IMG/VR virus record: IMGVR_UViG_3300048896_000156
Location: 1 to 29,817 of that record
Length of the DNA stretch: 29,817 bases
Origin: a virus
Lineage: Duplodnaviria > Caudoviricetes
Reading direction: 5' to 3' (one strand)
Shown here piece by piece: positions 7,580-17,345 of the stretch (its first letter is position 1; the number at the start of each line of letters is the position of its first letter). The notes beneath the pieces were generated by a model. The model did not search any database and was not told the DNA's origin. It worked only from the letters and a program-made list of their open reading frames with translations. The position numbers were made by a program, and so were the translations under genes.

Positions 7580-10321
7580 GTGCCCGGCCCCTTCTATTTC
7601 GCGTGGGCCGGCGGCACGATCCAGGATCAGGTGATCGTTGTCACCACCGGGCACACCCACGGCGGCCAGATTGAAACCGTGCCGGTGATCGGCGACACGC
7701 AAGCCGGCGTCGGTTTTGTCAAGAACGTCGCCAGCAACCAGGCGCTGGAGCAGAGCACGCTCTACCTGATCGAAGGGCCGGGCGTCTCGGCGTTCTTTAT
7801 GATCGAGGAGGCGTTACAGCCGACGCCGGACTGGATCAACATGAACAGCCCCGCCGGGCAGACCCTGCGCGGGGCGACATTCAAGGCCACCAAGTCGGTG
7901 CCGATGGACACCGGCATCGCCACCTTCGCCGCCGGCAGCAACACCGTGGCGCTCGATCCGGCACTCGATCTCGCGCCCGGCTATTACGGCGCGACCGGCC
8001 CGGCCATCGGGCAATGCCGCGACACCGGCGGCGGCCAGGACATCCAGATCGGCAGCGCCTACCTGTTCCACGACGGCAGCGGCACCGGGCAGATGTACGC
8101 CTTCGCCGCGGTGCCGCCCGACGCGCCCTCGGGCGTGGCCCAGTTCGAGGTCATCGCGCTCCAAAGCGGGCAGTTCCCGTTGCAGCTCACCGGCATGGCC
8201 TCGGACGACTGGACCAGCGTTACATCCATTCCCGACGCGCACCTCGCCGGCCTGACGCCGGGCCTCACCTACAACATCGCCGGCAACGGCATCGCCACCG
8301 GCACCACCTTCGTCGCGCCGGACGGCGGCACCTCGATCACCCTCAGCCAGCCGGCATCCTCTTCCGAGCGGGCCTTGCTGACGATCACCGGGCCGCGCAC
8401 CCCGAACGCACCCTTTGACCCGGCGATCCACAACCGTTTCGACGAAGACGTCCTCGACATCGAGATCGCCCACGAGGAAGGCGGCTTCGCCACCCTCAAG
8501 GTGCGCGTCAAGAACCCCGCGGTCGGCCTGCTCGCACCCGGCCGCAACCTCTGGGCGTGGCTCTCCTGGGATCAGGCATGGACACCGGACGGCGGTGCCG
8601 CGCCCGATCTGCTGCCGCTGTTCAACGGCCGCCTGGTCGGCGTCCCGCGGCTCCAGGCCGACGAGATCGTCGAACTCGAATTCATCGCCCGGCCCGACGA
8701 TTACAGCGTGCAGAAGGCGGGCCTCACCGACGAGTTGTCGATCTTGCCGTGGTATGACCCGGTCTGGCTGACCTCGAACGTCAACGAAGACACCGTGCTG
8801 GAAGCCTACAGCGCGCTCTGGCACGTCGACCGCACCACGCTGGAAGTCAGCGTCAGCGACATCGTGCAGGGCGAGGACGGCATCATCGAGATCAGCGAAG
8901 GCCAGGCGCTCTACGACGCCTTCTCGCTCAGCTACGGCCAGCCGCCGCTCAATGCCGTGACACTCTCCGGCACCGTCAGTTGGTCGCAGCAGGCAAGCGG
9001 CCTGCTCGACGTGACGGGGCCGCTCGTCCGGGCATTCTCGCAAGCCGGCTCGCCGCTCGGCAACCGGCCGTTTCCGACCAGCCCGGCGAACGCCAACATC
9101 AATCTCGGCATGGGGTTCGGCTCCCGCATCAAGGGCGGCGGCGCGCTGATCGCCATCATGAACGGCGACGGCCTGTTCCAGGATTGGCCGAAGCCCGGCA
9201 CCAATATCGGCGGCGGCTGGGCGCTCAGCACCGAAGACGATGCTGGCGGCACGCCGCTGTGCTTCATCCACGGGGCGTCCTGGCTCGGCCCCGAGATCAG
9301 CTACAACGTCACCTTTTTCGGGCACACCCAGCCGGCCGAAAAGGGCGACACCGAAGAGGCCACCAACGTCAACGTGTTCCTGCACGGCGGGCAGATCGGC
9401 CCGATCTCGGTCGCCTTCCCGGTCAACAACTATAAGATCCGCATGATCCTCAACTACCGGGCAGACCGCAAACGCACCGAAACGATCAACGCCGTCCTGG
9501 TCGGCGATGTCCAGCAAATGCTTTCCGACACGACCGACGCCGACCGCGAGACGGTGAGCTTCACCTCGGAATACGTCGCGCAGGGGATCGATCCCGGCGG
9601 CGAGGTGCCGCTCGGCAATCTTGCCTACAAGAGCTATTTCCAGACCGACCGCGGCAGCCAGTCTTTTGAATACTTGATCCTCGCGGCGCGGGCGAAATTA
9701 CGCGCGCGGGCGCGCGCCGTCGACGTGACGTTTGCGACGAACTGGACCGACGCCATCGGCCTCGCCATCGGCCTGCGCAACAGCGTCACGCTGTTTGACC
9801 GGCGCCTGCCCGGCGGCGCCGCCACCGGCAAGGTCAAGAGCTATCGGCTGGTCGTGGCGGGTGGCACCATGCGCGGCGAATTCACCATCGGCTGCAGCAT
9901 CGGCACCGGCCTGCCGGCGACTGCCGCCATTGGCGTCAACAGCTACGTCGAGGACGACTACACCGACGACTACCAGGTCGTCGCCGGCGGCCAGATCGAG
10001 ATACTCCCGAGCGAGATCGCCTATCAGGCGCTTACCGACTTCGTGGTCTCCGACGACGGGCTGAACCTGCCCCTCGTCAACACCGACAACGCGGTCAACT
10101 CCTGCACCGTCGTCAACGGCCTCGACCGGCAGATCGAGGTCGCCAAGATGTTTCAGGGCGTCACCATCAAAGGCGAGAACCCGCCCGACGCGATGGCCGA
10201 ACTCGTCACCACGGTGACGCTCGACATGAAGCCGCTGACCGGCAGCGAATTCCACACCGACTTCTTTCCGGCGCTGACGCCGCTCGCGCTCCCCAAGACA
10301 ATCGACCTGGAGGCAAGCTGA
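7580..10321 (+). CDS. Large tail tip / baseplate hub protein
   Basis: 913 aa following the Dit-like gene; beta-rich; 'PLFNGRLVGVP', 'ARAKLRARARAVDVTF'. Confidence 0.65.
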   Translation: MPGPFYFAWAGGTIQDQVIVVTTGHTHGGQIETVPVIGDTQAGVGFVKNVASNQALEQSTLYLIEGPGVSAFFMIEEALQPTPDWINMNSPAGQTLRGATFKATKSVPMDTGIATFAAGSNTVALDPALDLAPGYYGATGPAIGQCRDTGGGQDIQIGSAYLFHDGSGTGQMYAFAAVPPDAPSGVAQFEVIALQSGQFPLQLTGMASDDWTSVTSIPDAHLAGLTPGLTYNIAGNGIATGTTFVAPDGGTSITLSQPASSSERALLTITGPRTPNAPFDPAIHNRFDEDVLDIEIAHEEGGFATLKVRVKNPAVGLLAPGRNLWAWLSWDQAWTPDGGAAPDLLPLFNGRLVGVPRLQADEIVELEFIARPDDYSVQKAGLTDELSILPWYDPVWLTSNVNEDTVLEAYSALWHVDRTTLEVSVSDIVQGEDGIIEISEGQALYDAFSLSYGQPPLNAVTLSGTVSWSQQASGLLDVTGPLVRAFSQAGSPLGNRPFPTSPANANINLGMGFGSRIKGGGALIAIMNGDGLFQDWPKPGTNIGGGWALSTEDDAGGTPLCFIHGASWLGPEISYNVTFFGHTQPAEKGDTEEATNVNVFLHGGQIGPISVAFPVNNYKIRMILNYRADRKRTETINAVLVGDVQQMLSDTTDADRETVSFTSEYVAQGIDPGGEVPLGNLAYKSYFQTDRGSQSFEYLILAARAKLRARARAVDVTFATNWTDAIGLAIGLRNSVTLFDRRLPGGAATGKVKSYRLVVAGGTMRGEFTIGCSIGTGLPATAAIGVNSYVEDDYTDDYQVVAGGQIEILPSEIAYQALTDFVVSDDGLNLPLVNTDNAVNSCTVVNGLDRQIEVAKMFQGVTIKGENPPDAMAELVTTVTLDMKPLTGSEFHTDFFPALTPLALPKTIDLEAS

Positions 10322-10776
10322 TGCCCGATGGCAGCATCGAGTTCTTTGTCCGGCCGTTTCAGTCGCCCGGCAGCTTCGGCACGGTCATCATCCCGTCGCG
10401 GCCGAGCGGCACCCACGAGAAGGCCATGCTGACCTGGGGCGCTAAGTCGAAGATGCCCGAGATGGTGCCGACCTCGACCAACCTCAACGTGAAGTGCTGC
10501 GGCGAGGCGCTCAAGGAAGCCTCGCGCGACAGCGACGTCATCCGCATCACCCAGCCCGGCAAGCCGGAGAACTATGTCGATGTCGCGCGCGCCCGCAACG
10601 TCAGGCTCAAGAAACGGGAAAAAAACGCCTGCGGCGGCGCGTTCCAGGCCGAGCTTAACGCCTTCTGGGGTTCGGTCTTCGCCGAGATGGACGCCGCCTT
10701 CAAACCGTTTGGCGCCGGCGACACGGACGGCCAGAAGAGTTGCGACGTGCAGTGGGCGCTGTCGAACGTGGGCTGA
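10321..10776 (+). CDS. Hypothetical tail-module protein
   Basis: TGATG-coupled, GC3-biased, 151 aa. Confidence 0.6.
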   Translation: MPDGSIEFFVRPFQSPGSFGTVIIPSRPSGTHEKAMLTWGAKSKMPEMVPTSTNLNVKCCGEALKEASRDSDVIRITQPGKPENYVDVARARNVRLKKREKNACGGAFQAELNAFWGSVFAEMDAAFKPFGAGDTDGQKSCDVQWALSNVG

Positions 10777-10779
10777 GCG

Positions 10780-11670
10780 ATGGTCGATTACGTCGAAGAC
10801 CCGATCGGCCGCATCGTCAACGTCCACTGGGCTGACGACGATGGTGGCCACCCGCCGGACGAGCCTGTTCTGATGTGCGGCACCTACAGCTATTCTTTTC
10901 TGCTGGATTTCATCTCGTCGGGTATCGTCAGCCCGATCCCAACCGGCAGCGACGGCGATCCGTGGATGGTCCGCGATCCGAGTTCGCCCGATTGGCAGCA
11001 CACCTGGCCGCTCGGCCTTACCCTCACCACCGGCGGCATCCTGTTCGGCCGCGGGCAGACCCGCGTCCAGATGACGCCCGCCAGTTACACCATCTCGACG
11101 AGCTTCTGGGATCTCACGAATACCGCCGGCGCTGACCGGACCTATGGCCTGCTCTTGATCCACAGCGCCGGGCCGCGCGATTACAATCAATTTCCCTACC
11201 TCGGCATCCCGACATCGCCGCAGCCCTACGTGCCGTTTTTCACCTTCACCGGCGGCTCGCTGGCCTGGACGTATCAAATCAACCCCGGCCTCAACGGCGA
11301 GATTTGGAAGCCGACATTCACCGGCTCGGGCGCCAACGACATCCTGTGGGACGATCCGAGCCGGTTCGACCCGGCCTTCGGCGGCGACGCCCTGATCCGC
11401 GTCGTGTGGCGGGTCGCCGACGACCCGGAAGGGCTGTGGCGCGACGCAGATGTCGATGCGTTCTGGCGCGGCTCGACGCTCGGCCCGGAAAATACCCCGG
11501 CGCACATCGAGTGGGGCGATCCGCCGATCTTTTTTCCCGGCAGTTCCGCCTACGGGCAGCAGATCGGCTTTAATATCACCAGCACCTGCCCGGATCTGCC
11601 CTACCGACACGAAGACCCGGTGTCGATCCACGACGACGGCAGCGAAGGCAACCTCGGCGGCGGCGGCTAA
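10780..11670 (+). CDS. Hypothetical virion protein (acidic, Trp/Pro-rich)
   Basis: In-operon, 296 aa, begins 'MVDYVEDPIGRIVNVHW'. Confidence 0.6.
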   Translation: MVDYVEDPIGRIVNVHWADDDGGHPPDEPVLMCGTYSYSFLLDFISSGIVSPIPTGSDGDPWMVRDPSSPDWQHTWPLGLTLTTGGILFGRGQTRVQMTPASYTISTSFWDLTNTAGADRTYGLLLIHSAGPRDYNQFPYLGIPTSPQPYVPFFTFTGGSLAWTYQINPGLNGEIWKPTFTGSGANDILWDDPSRFDPAFGGDALIRVVWRVADDPEGLWRDADVDAFWRGSTLGPENTPAHIEWGDPPIFFPGSSAYGQQIGFNITSTCPDLPYRHEDPVSIHDDGSEGNLGGGG

Positions 11671-13920
11671 ATGGACATCACCTTTCGCACGCTAGGACCG
11701 TGGGGGCCGGGCAAGGGCTCGAACCTCCAGCCATCCGAAGTCGACAGCAATTTCTGGTCGATCGCGCAGGCGATTGTCGACCTCCAGGAAAACCCATCGC
11801 TGCCGAACGGGATCGCCTCGATCACCGTCTCCGGCACGCAGATGACGATCTACCTCAATGACGGCACCGTGCTGGGGCCGTACACGCTGCCGGTGCTGAC
11901 CTTCACCTGGCGCGACGAATGGGAGCCGGGCACCAGCTACGCCGCGCTCGATGTGTTCAAGGTCACCAATGTCGGGATCTTCATGGTGGAGATCTCGCAC
12001 ATCAGCGACGTGGCGTTCGATCCCGCCCTGACGGTCGGCGGCGAGCCGGCATTGCTGCAGCTGTTCGGGTCGACCGATGTGCGGCTCGTCGGCCTGCCCG
12101 ACGTGCTGGTCGATGACAGCCTGCAAAACCGCGACATCCTGGAATATGTCGACGGCTACTGGATGAACCTGGCGCCCGGCGACATGCTCTATCAGTCGTC
12201 CGGCGCGGTTAACATAACCGGCGGCCGCATCACCGGCATGCCGGCGCCGGTCGGCGCCAGCGATGTCGTCAACAAGGCATATGTCGATGCGCTGCCGGCC
12301 GGCATGACTGCGCCGCCCGACACGATGATGGCGAATATCGCGGGGGTCACCGCACCGGCCATCCCGACCACCCTGTCGGCCTTCCTCGATGCGGTGCTGG
12401 CGGCGAGCATCGTCGGCTCGCTGATCTACCGCAGCGGCACCGGCTGGGTCGCGCTCGCGCCCGGCACCACCGGTTATTACCTGCGCACCGCGGGGCCGGG
12501 CGCCGATCTGCTGTGGGACACCGGCGGCACCGGCGTCACCGCGATCTCGGCCGGCACCGGCATATCGACCGGCGGCGCGCCGATCACCGGCGCTGGCACG
12601 GTATCGCTGGCGCCGGTCGCCGACAACACGATCCTCGCCAATGCCAGCGGCACCACCACAGCGCCGGTGCCGACCACCCTATCGGCCTTCCTCGACCGCG
12701 TGCTGACCAATGCCCGCGGCGCGCTGATGACGCGCACCGGCGCGGGCTGGGTGGCCTTGTCGCCGGGCACCGCCGGCTACTACCTCAAGACGCAGGGCGC
12801 CGGCACCGACCTGATGTGGGACGCGCCGTCCGGCGCCGGCACGGTCACCAGCGTCGCCGCGGGCGCCGGGCTCACCACTGGCGGCGGTCCGATCACCGGC
12901 AGCGGCACGATATCGCTCGCCGCCGTCGCCAACCTCAGCCTGCTTGCCAACATCAGCGGCGCGAGCGCGGCGCCGAGCGGCACCACCGTCTCACAACTCC
13001 TCGACGCCGCCATGTCGGGAACGCAGGGCGCGGTGCTCTATCGCGGCAATGGCGGCTGGGTCGCGCTGTCGCCGGGCACCAGCGGCCAGGTGCTGACGAC
13101 AGCCGGCAGCGCCGCCAACCCGGCCTGGGCCAACGTGCCGGCGAGCGCGCCGATCGCCAACCTGCTGATCCTCGGCAACATCAGCGGCTCGACCGCCGCC
13201 GCGACCGGCGTGTCGCTCAGTGCCGTCATCGATGCCGTGTTCGGCTCGGTGCGCGGCATGGTGCTCTATCGTGGCGCGGCCGGCTGGGCGGCGCTTGCGG
13301 CCGGAACCGCCGGCCAGGTGCTGACCACCGGAGGCACCGCTTCCGACCCGTCCTGGACGACGCCCACCGGCGGCGGCGGCGGTGCCAGCGTCTCGACCGG
13401 CACGACACCGCCCGCCTCGCCCGCCGCCGGTGACCTGTGGTGGGACAGCAGCGACGGCAGCGGCCAGCTCTTCGTCTGGTTCGTCGACGCAACCTCGGCC
13501 CAGTGGGTCGTCGCCAACAGCGCGATTGCCGCCGCGCCGAAATACAATATCGGGTTCTCGTTCACCGGCGGCGTGCTGGCGAACTCGCAACTCCTCGGCA
13601 TGCACCGCGTCTCGAAGGCCATTACCATCCCGGCGAATTTCGGCGGTCACGAGGGACACGTCAGCCAGGCCGGGGCGACGGCGGCGGCGACGGCGAATAC
13701 GGTGATCAGCGTCGACCGCGCGCTGTCGGCGAGCCCGAACACCTTCACCCAGATCGGCATGATCACCATCACGGCGGGCGGCATCGCGCCGGCCTTCGCC
13801 ACCTCCGGCGGCGCCGCGATCAGCCTCGCGCAAGGCGACGTGCTGCGCCTCGTCGGGCCGCCGAGCGCCGACACCACGCTGGCCAATTTCTACGCCACCA
13901 TCGTCGCGCAGGAGACTTGA
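11671..13920 (+). CDS. Tail fibre protein with four internal repeats
   Basis: N-terminal 'FRTLGPWGPGKGSNLQPSEVDSNF', 'DVVNKAYVD', Gly/Thr/Ala-rich repeats and a 'GDLWWDS' module. Confidence 0.8.
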   Translation: MDITFRTLGPWGPGKGSNLQPSEVDSNFWSIAQAIVDLQENPSLPNGIASITVSGTQMTIYLNDGTVLGPYTLPVLTFTWRDEWEPGTSYAALDVFKVTNVGIFMVEISHISDVAFDPALTVGGEPALLQLFGSTDVRLVGLPDVLVDDSLQNRDILEYVDGYWMNLAPGDMLYQSSGAVNITGGRITGMPAPVGASDVVNKAYVDALPAGMTAPPDTMMANIAGVTAPAIPTTLSAFLDAVLAASIVGSLIYRSGTGWVALAPGTTGYYLRTAGPGADLLWDTGGTGVTAISAGTGISTGGAPITGAGTVSLAPVADNTILANASGTTTAPVPTTLSAFLDRVLTNARGALMTRTGAGWVALSPGTAGYYLKTQGAGTDLMWDAPSGAGTVTSVAAGAGLTTGGGPITGSGTISLAAVANLSLLANISGASAAPSGTTVSQLLDAAMSGTQGAVLYRGNGGWVALSPGTSGQVLTTAGSAANPAWANVPASAPIANLLILGNISGSTAAATGVSLSAVIDAVFGSVRGMVLYRGAAGWAALAAGTAGQVLTTGGTASDPSWTTPTGGGGGASVSTGTTPPASPAAGDLWWDSSDGSGQLFVWFVDATSAQWVVANSAIAAAPKYNIGFSFTGGVLANSQLLGMHRVSKAITIPANFGGHEGHVSQAGATAAATANTVISVDRALSASPNTFTQIGMITITAGGIAPAFATSGGAAISLAQGDVLRLVGPPSADTTLANFYATIVAQET
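12331..13365 (+). repeat. Four tandem coding repeats (about 75-103 aa) in the tail fibre
   Basis: Recurring 'AN.SG..A.P..TT.S..LD...G...YR...GW.AL.PGT.G..L.T.G....W'. DNA ccgaccaccct(g/a)tcggccttcctcga occurs at 12364 and 12670, 306 bp apart. Confidence 0.85.
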
Positions 13921-15404
13921 TGGCACTGTTATTCTGCGAGGGCTTTGACAAGTACGGCGGCGCGAACAGCTACGGCGCGGGCGTGTCGGCGCTGCTGACG
14001 GCCGGCGAGTGGAACTCGACCAGCGCCAGCCCGGCAATCGTCGCGCCGCTCAGCCAGACCGGGCAGGCGTTGTCGCTGGGGACGATCACCAAGACGCTGC
14101 CCGGCGCCTACGGGCGGCTGATCGGCGGCTTGCGGTTCAACAGCCCGCTTGGCACCGTCAACCTCGGGTTGCAGTTTCTCGACGGCGGGTCGTCGCAGGC
14201 GGCGGTGCAAATCAACACCACCGGCACCGTCAGCGTGCGCAACGGTCTCTTCAACAGCGGCACGGTGCTCGGCACCTCGACCGCGAGCATCACCGCCAAC
14301 ACGACGCATTATATCGAATTCGACATAACACTCGCGAACGCCGGCTCGTATCAGGTGTGGATGGACGGCGTGTCGATCCTCAGCGGCAGCGGCGACACCA
14401 CCACGACGGCGAACAGCAGCGCGACCGGCATCGCGATCCAGACCGCCGGCGGCACCGCGATCGTCGACGATTTCTACGTGTTCGACGCCAGCGGCACGAC
14501 GAACAACGCGGCGCTGTTGACCTCGCCCCGGATCGAAACACAGTTTCCGACCGGCGATGCGGCGGTCCAGTTCGCCGCCGGCGCTGCGATCCTCGGCTCC
14601 AGCGTCACCCGCAGCGGCACCAACCAGGCGACGATCGCCAATCAAATGCGGCTGCGCGCGGTGACGCCCGCCGTCGCCTGCACGCTGAACTCGATCGCGT
14701 TCCAGGCCGGCGGCACCGGCAACGGCGCCATCCAACTGCGCCCGGTGGTCTATTCCAACGTCGGCGCCGCGCCGGGCGTGCTGCTGGTCTCGGGCGCGAC
14801 CGTGACCGGCACCACGGCAGGCGCCGTCAAGACCATGCCGGTGTCGACGCCGCTCGCGCTCACCGCCGGCACGACCTACTGGATCGGCCACATGTGCGAT
14901 GTGGCGCAGGGCGCCGCGCTGACGCAACTCTCGGCGGCCAACGACGACGTAACCTCGACCGCGACCTTTGCGGCGGGCGCGCCGGGCAGCGCGCCGACCG
15001 GCACCGCCGCCGTCGGCACGGTGCTGTGGGCCAACGTCACGGTCAGCGGCGCCAACTGGTTCGCGGTCAGCCAGGCGCCACCGCAGGGCAATCTGAGCTA
15101 TGTCTTCGATGCCGTGGTCGCGCACGAAGACCTCTACACCTACCCACCGCTCTCGGTGCCGCCCTCGGCGATCTACGCCGTCGCGGTCAAGGCCAACCTC
15201 AGCAAGTCGGATGCCGGCGCGAAGACGGTCAGCATGCGGATGAAATCCGGCGCGACCGACAGCGCCGGCACCACCGCGAGCGCCGCGCCCGGCACCGGCT
15301 ATGGCTGGCTCAGTAGCCACTTCGCGACCGACCCGGCGACCGGCGCGGCGTGGACGCTGACCGGCATCAATGCCGCGCAGAGCGGCGTCAAGATCGAGAC
15401 ATGA
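13920..15404 (+). CDS. Virion structural / receptor-binding protein with lectin-like beta-sandwich
   Basis: ATG 13920 (TGATG); 'MALLFCEGFDKY', 'HYIEFDIT...YQVWMDG', 'VDDFYV', 'TDPATGAAWT..GINA.QSG'. Confidence 0.7.
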   Translation: MALLFCEGFDKYGGANSYGAGVSALLTAGEWNSTSASPAIVAPLSQTGQALSLGTITKTLPGAYGRLIGGLRFNSPLGTVNLGLQFLDGGSSQAAVQINTTGTVSVRNGLFNSGTVLGTSTASITANTTHYIEFDITLANAGSYQVWMDGVSILSGSGDTTTTANSSATGIAIQTAGGTAIVDDFYVFDASGTTNNAALLTSPRIETQFPTGDAAVQFAAGAAILGSSVTRSGTNQATIANQMRLRAVTPAVACTLNSIAFQAGGTGNGAIQLRPVVYSNVGAAPGVLLVSGATVTGTTAGAVKTMPVSTPLALTAGTTYWIGHMCDVAQGAALTQLSAANDDVTSTATFAAGAPGSAPTGTAAVGTVLWANVTVSGANWFAVSQAPPQGNLSYVFDAVVAHEDLYTYPPLSVPPSAIYAVAVKANLSKSDAGAKTVSMRMKSGATDSAGTTASAAPGTGYGWLSSHFATDPATGAAWTLTGINAAQSGVKIET

Positions 15405-15613
15405 CCGACATCAATCTCGATGCCGCAGCGCGCGAAGCGCTGCTGACGACGGCACCGGCCGGAACCGCGGCCGGGGTGGTGCGCGAGGCGCTGATGGCGA
15501 CCGCGACCGCAGCGCTGACGGCCGGGGCGGTGCGCGAGGTGCTGTTGTGGGCGCCGCCGCCGGTTGTGGTGTCGCTGAACGCGCAAACCGCGATCTCGAT
15601 CAACACGGGATAG
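15401..15613 (+). CDS. Small virion protein with three REAL/REVL repeats
   Basis: ATG 15401 (ATGA overlap); 70 aa; AAREALLT / VVREALMA / AVREVLLW. Confidence 0.65.
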   Translation: MTDINLDAAAREALLTTAPAGTAAGVVREALMATATAALTAGAVREVLLWAPPPVVVSLNAQTAISINTG

Positions 15614-15618
15614 CAACG

Positions 15619-16662
15619 ATGGCAATCGATTTCCCGAGTGCCGGCCTAACGCCCGGCCAGATCCACACCTCCGGCAGCCGGTCGTGGGCGTGGGACGGCG
15701 CCAAGTGGGGGCCGAGCGCGGCGGGCGCGAGCGGCGGCGACATCTCCTCGGTCGCGGCGGGGCCTGGCCTCACCGGCGGCGGCAGCACGGGCGACGTTAC
15801 GCTGAGCCTGGCGACCCCGGTGAGCATCGCCAGCGGCGGTACCAACGCCACGACGAGCGGCGCTGCATTGGCGAACCTGGGCGGCATTTCGGGCAACCAG
15901 AACATCACGCTGAGCGGCGATATCAGCGGCGCGGGTGCGACGGCGATCACCACGACGCTGGCAACGGTGCCGGTCGCCAAGGGCGGCACGGGCGCACCGA
16001 CCGCGGCGGCGGCTCGCACCAATCTCGGGGTGCTGGCGCTGACCGGCGGCAGTCTCAGCGGCGATTTGCTGGTCACCGGCGGCATCAACGTCAACGGTGC
16101 GGCGGCTGCGGTCAGCTTCAGCGACCGGACAGCCCCGGCGCATTACTGGTCGCAATTCTCGACAGCCGACGTGCTCCATATCGACTCCGACCTCGGCGCA
16201 ATTTTCAGCCTGAGCCGGGCAACGGGTGATCTGTCCGTACTTGCCGGCTCGATACAGCTCGCGGGCAACCTGAATCTGGCGTTCAACGTGGTCCCGAATA
16301 CAGATCAGGTTTCCAATTGCGGGATCTCGGGGAAATCCTGGACCAACGTCAATTCCTACGCCTACACGACCGCATCCGCGGCAGCGCTGAAGACCGACAT
16401 CGCCGAGGCGCCGCCGGCGCTCGCCGCGGTCGCCGAGCTGATGCCGCGCACCTTCCGCTGGCGCGACGGCGCCGATACCGAGCGCACCAATCACGGGTTT
16501 GTCGCCGAGGAGGTCGCCGCCGCGCTGGGCGCCGATTTCGGCGGCTATCGCCACGACGACGAGAACGGGCATCACGGGATCGACTACGCGCAACTCACCG
16601 CGGTGCTCTGGCAGGCGGTGCGCGAATTGCAAGCCGAGGTCGCCGCCCTGCGTGCAGGCTAG
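15619..16662 (+). CDS. Tail fibre/spike with C-terminal intramolecular chaperone (peptidase S74)
   Basis: 'GGTGA.TAAAARTNLG' repeats; 'SAAALKTDI...L.PRTFRW...GFVAEEV...IDYAQLTAVLWQAVRELQAEV'. Confidence 0.88.
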   Translation: MAIDFPSAGLTPGQIHTSGSRSWAWDGAKWGPSAAGASGGDISSVAAGPGLTGGGSTGDVTLSLATPVSIASGGTNATTSGAALANLGGISGNQNITLSGDISGAGATAITTTLATVPVAKGGTGAPTAAAARTNLGVLALTGGSLSGDLLVTGGINVNGAAAAVSFSDRTAPAHYWSQFSTADVLHIDSDLGAIFSLSRATGDLSVLAGSIQLAGNLNLAFNVVPNTDQVSNCGISGKSWTNVNSYAYTTASAAALKTDIAEAPPALAAVAELMPRTFRWRDGADTERTNHGFVAEEVAAALGADFGGYRHDDENGHHGIDYAQLTAVLWQAVRELQAEVAALRAG

Positions 16663-16802
16663 TCGTCGGGTGCGGTGTGTATCTGTTGCGCGGCGGCCCA
16701 GATGGCTTGCGATCTGGTGAGGTACGGGCCGACCGGCGGTTTCCCGTCGTCAAAGGAAAAATACCAGCCGTCAACGCGGCGGAAAACGTCGGCGGTTTTC
16801 AT
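16659..16802 (-). CDS. Small hypothetical protein (47 aa, DUF6316-like GWYF...GPY.TR motif)
   Basis: MKTADVFRRVDGWYFSFDDGKPPVGPYLTRSQAIWAAAQQIHTAPDD*. Its stop shares CTAG with the convergent tail fibre gene. Not in the ORF track. Confidence 0.55.
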   Translation of the reverse strand: MKTADVFRRVDGWYFSFDDGKPPVGPYLTRSQAIWAAAQQIHTAPDD

Positions 16803-16861
16803 CGGCGGGCAGGATAAAACATTTACTGGCGAGGAGCCATAGAGATGCCACCGATCTGCGG

Positions 16862-17092
16862 ATGATGCTGATTCCGCTTCTCGTGACCGTGCAGCTCGTC
16901 ATTCTGCACGTCCCTGACGGATACGAGGTCGCCGTCAACCCGGCGCACATCAGCACGCTGCGGGAAGCGGGACATTCGCCCCGCCTCCTGGCGCTCGGCA
17001 TACATTGCGTGGTGGGGCTGTCGAGCGCGAAGTTTATCGCCGTCACGGAATCCTGTCGGGACGTGCAGCGGCGGCTGCTGGAGGCGCGCTGA
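16862..17092 (+). CDS. FlbD-like small protein
   Basis: 'LVILHVPDGYEVAVNPAHISTLRE...CVVGLSSAKFIAVTESCRDVQRRL' follows the FlbD pattern (L...G....NP..I......TVI.L..G....V.ES..EV). Confidence 0.55.
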   Translation: MMLIPLLVTVQLVILHVPDGYEVAVNPAHISTLREAGHSPRLLALGIHCVVGLSSAKFIAVTESCRDVQRRLLEAR

Positions 17093-17110
17093 CCTTAAAA
17101 GGATGATGCC

Positions 17111-17272
17111 ATGATCATCGAAATCCTGTTTGTCGTCGTGATGTTCCTCTGGCTCATCACGATATTGCCGCTGCCGCAGATGCAGCCATTCTCGTCATCC
17201 AATGTGTTCTTTGCCTTCGTCGCGGTCCTGCTGTTGGGCCTCTATCTCTTCCTCCCCGGGCTGCGGGGATAG
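17111..17272 (+). CDS. Two-TM membrane protein, holin candidate (53 aa)
   Basis: MIIEILFVVVMFLWLITILPLPQMQPFSSSNVFFAFVAVLLLGLYLFLPGLRG*; RBS AAAGGA; end of the late operon. Confidence 0.6.
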   Translation: MIIEILFVVVMFLWLITILPLPQMQPFSSSNVFFAFVAVLLLGLYLFLPGLRG

Positions 17273-17345
17273 TTGCGATTTAAACGCGGTTCTGCTCTGG
17301 GTTATTTCCCATATGATGGCCTCCTCGGCGGCGTTCACATTTGTT

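Noticed and set aside
12331-13365. Fibre repeats as a DGR template/variable pair, shufflon or CRISPR array
   Set aside because: In-frame coding repeats with synonymous divergence. No reverse transcriptase, invertase, cas gene or constant repeat-spacer pattern is visible.
6515-16632. Long minus-strand and alternate-frame ORFs (e.g. 6515-7702, 7814-9517, 10153-11631, 13929-15320, 14009-15316)
   Set aside because: Shadow ORFs of GC3-biased real genes; Arg/His/Gly-rich nonsense composition, no motifs.
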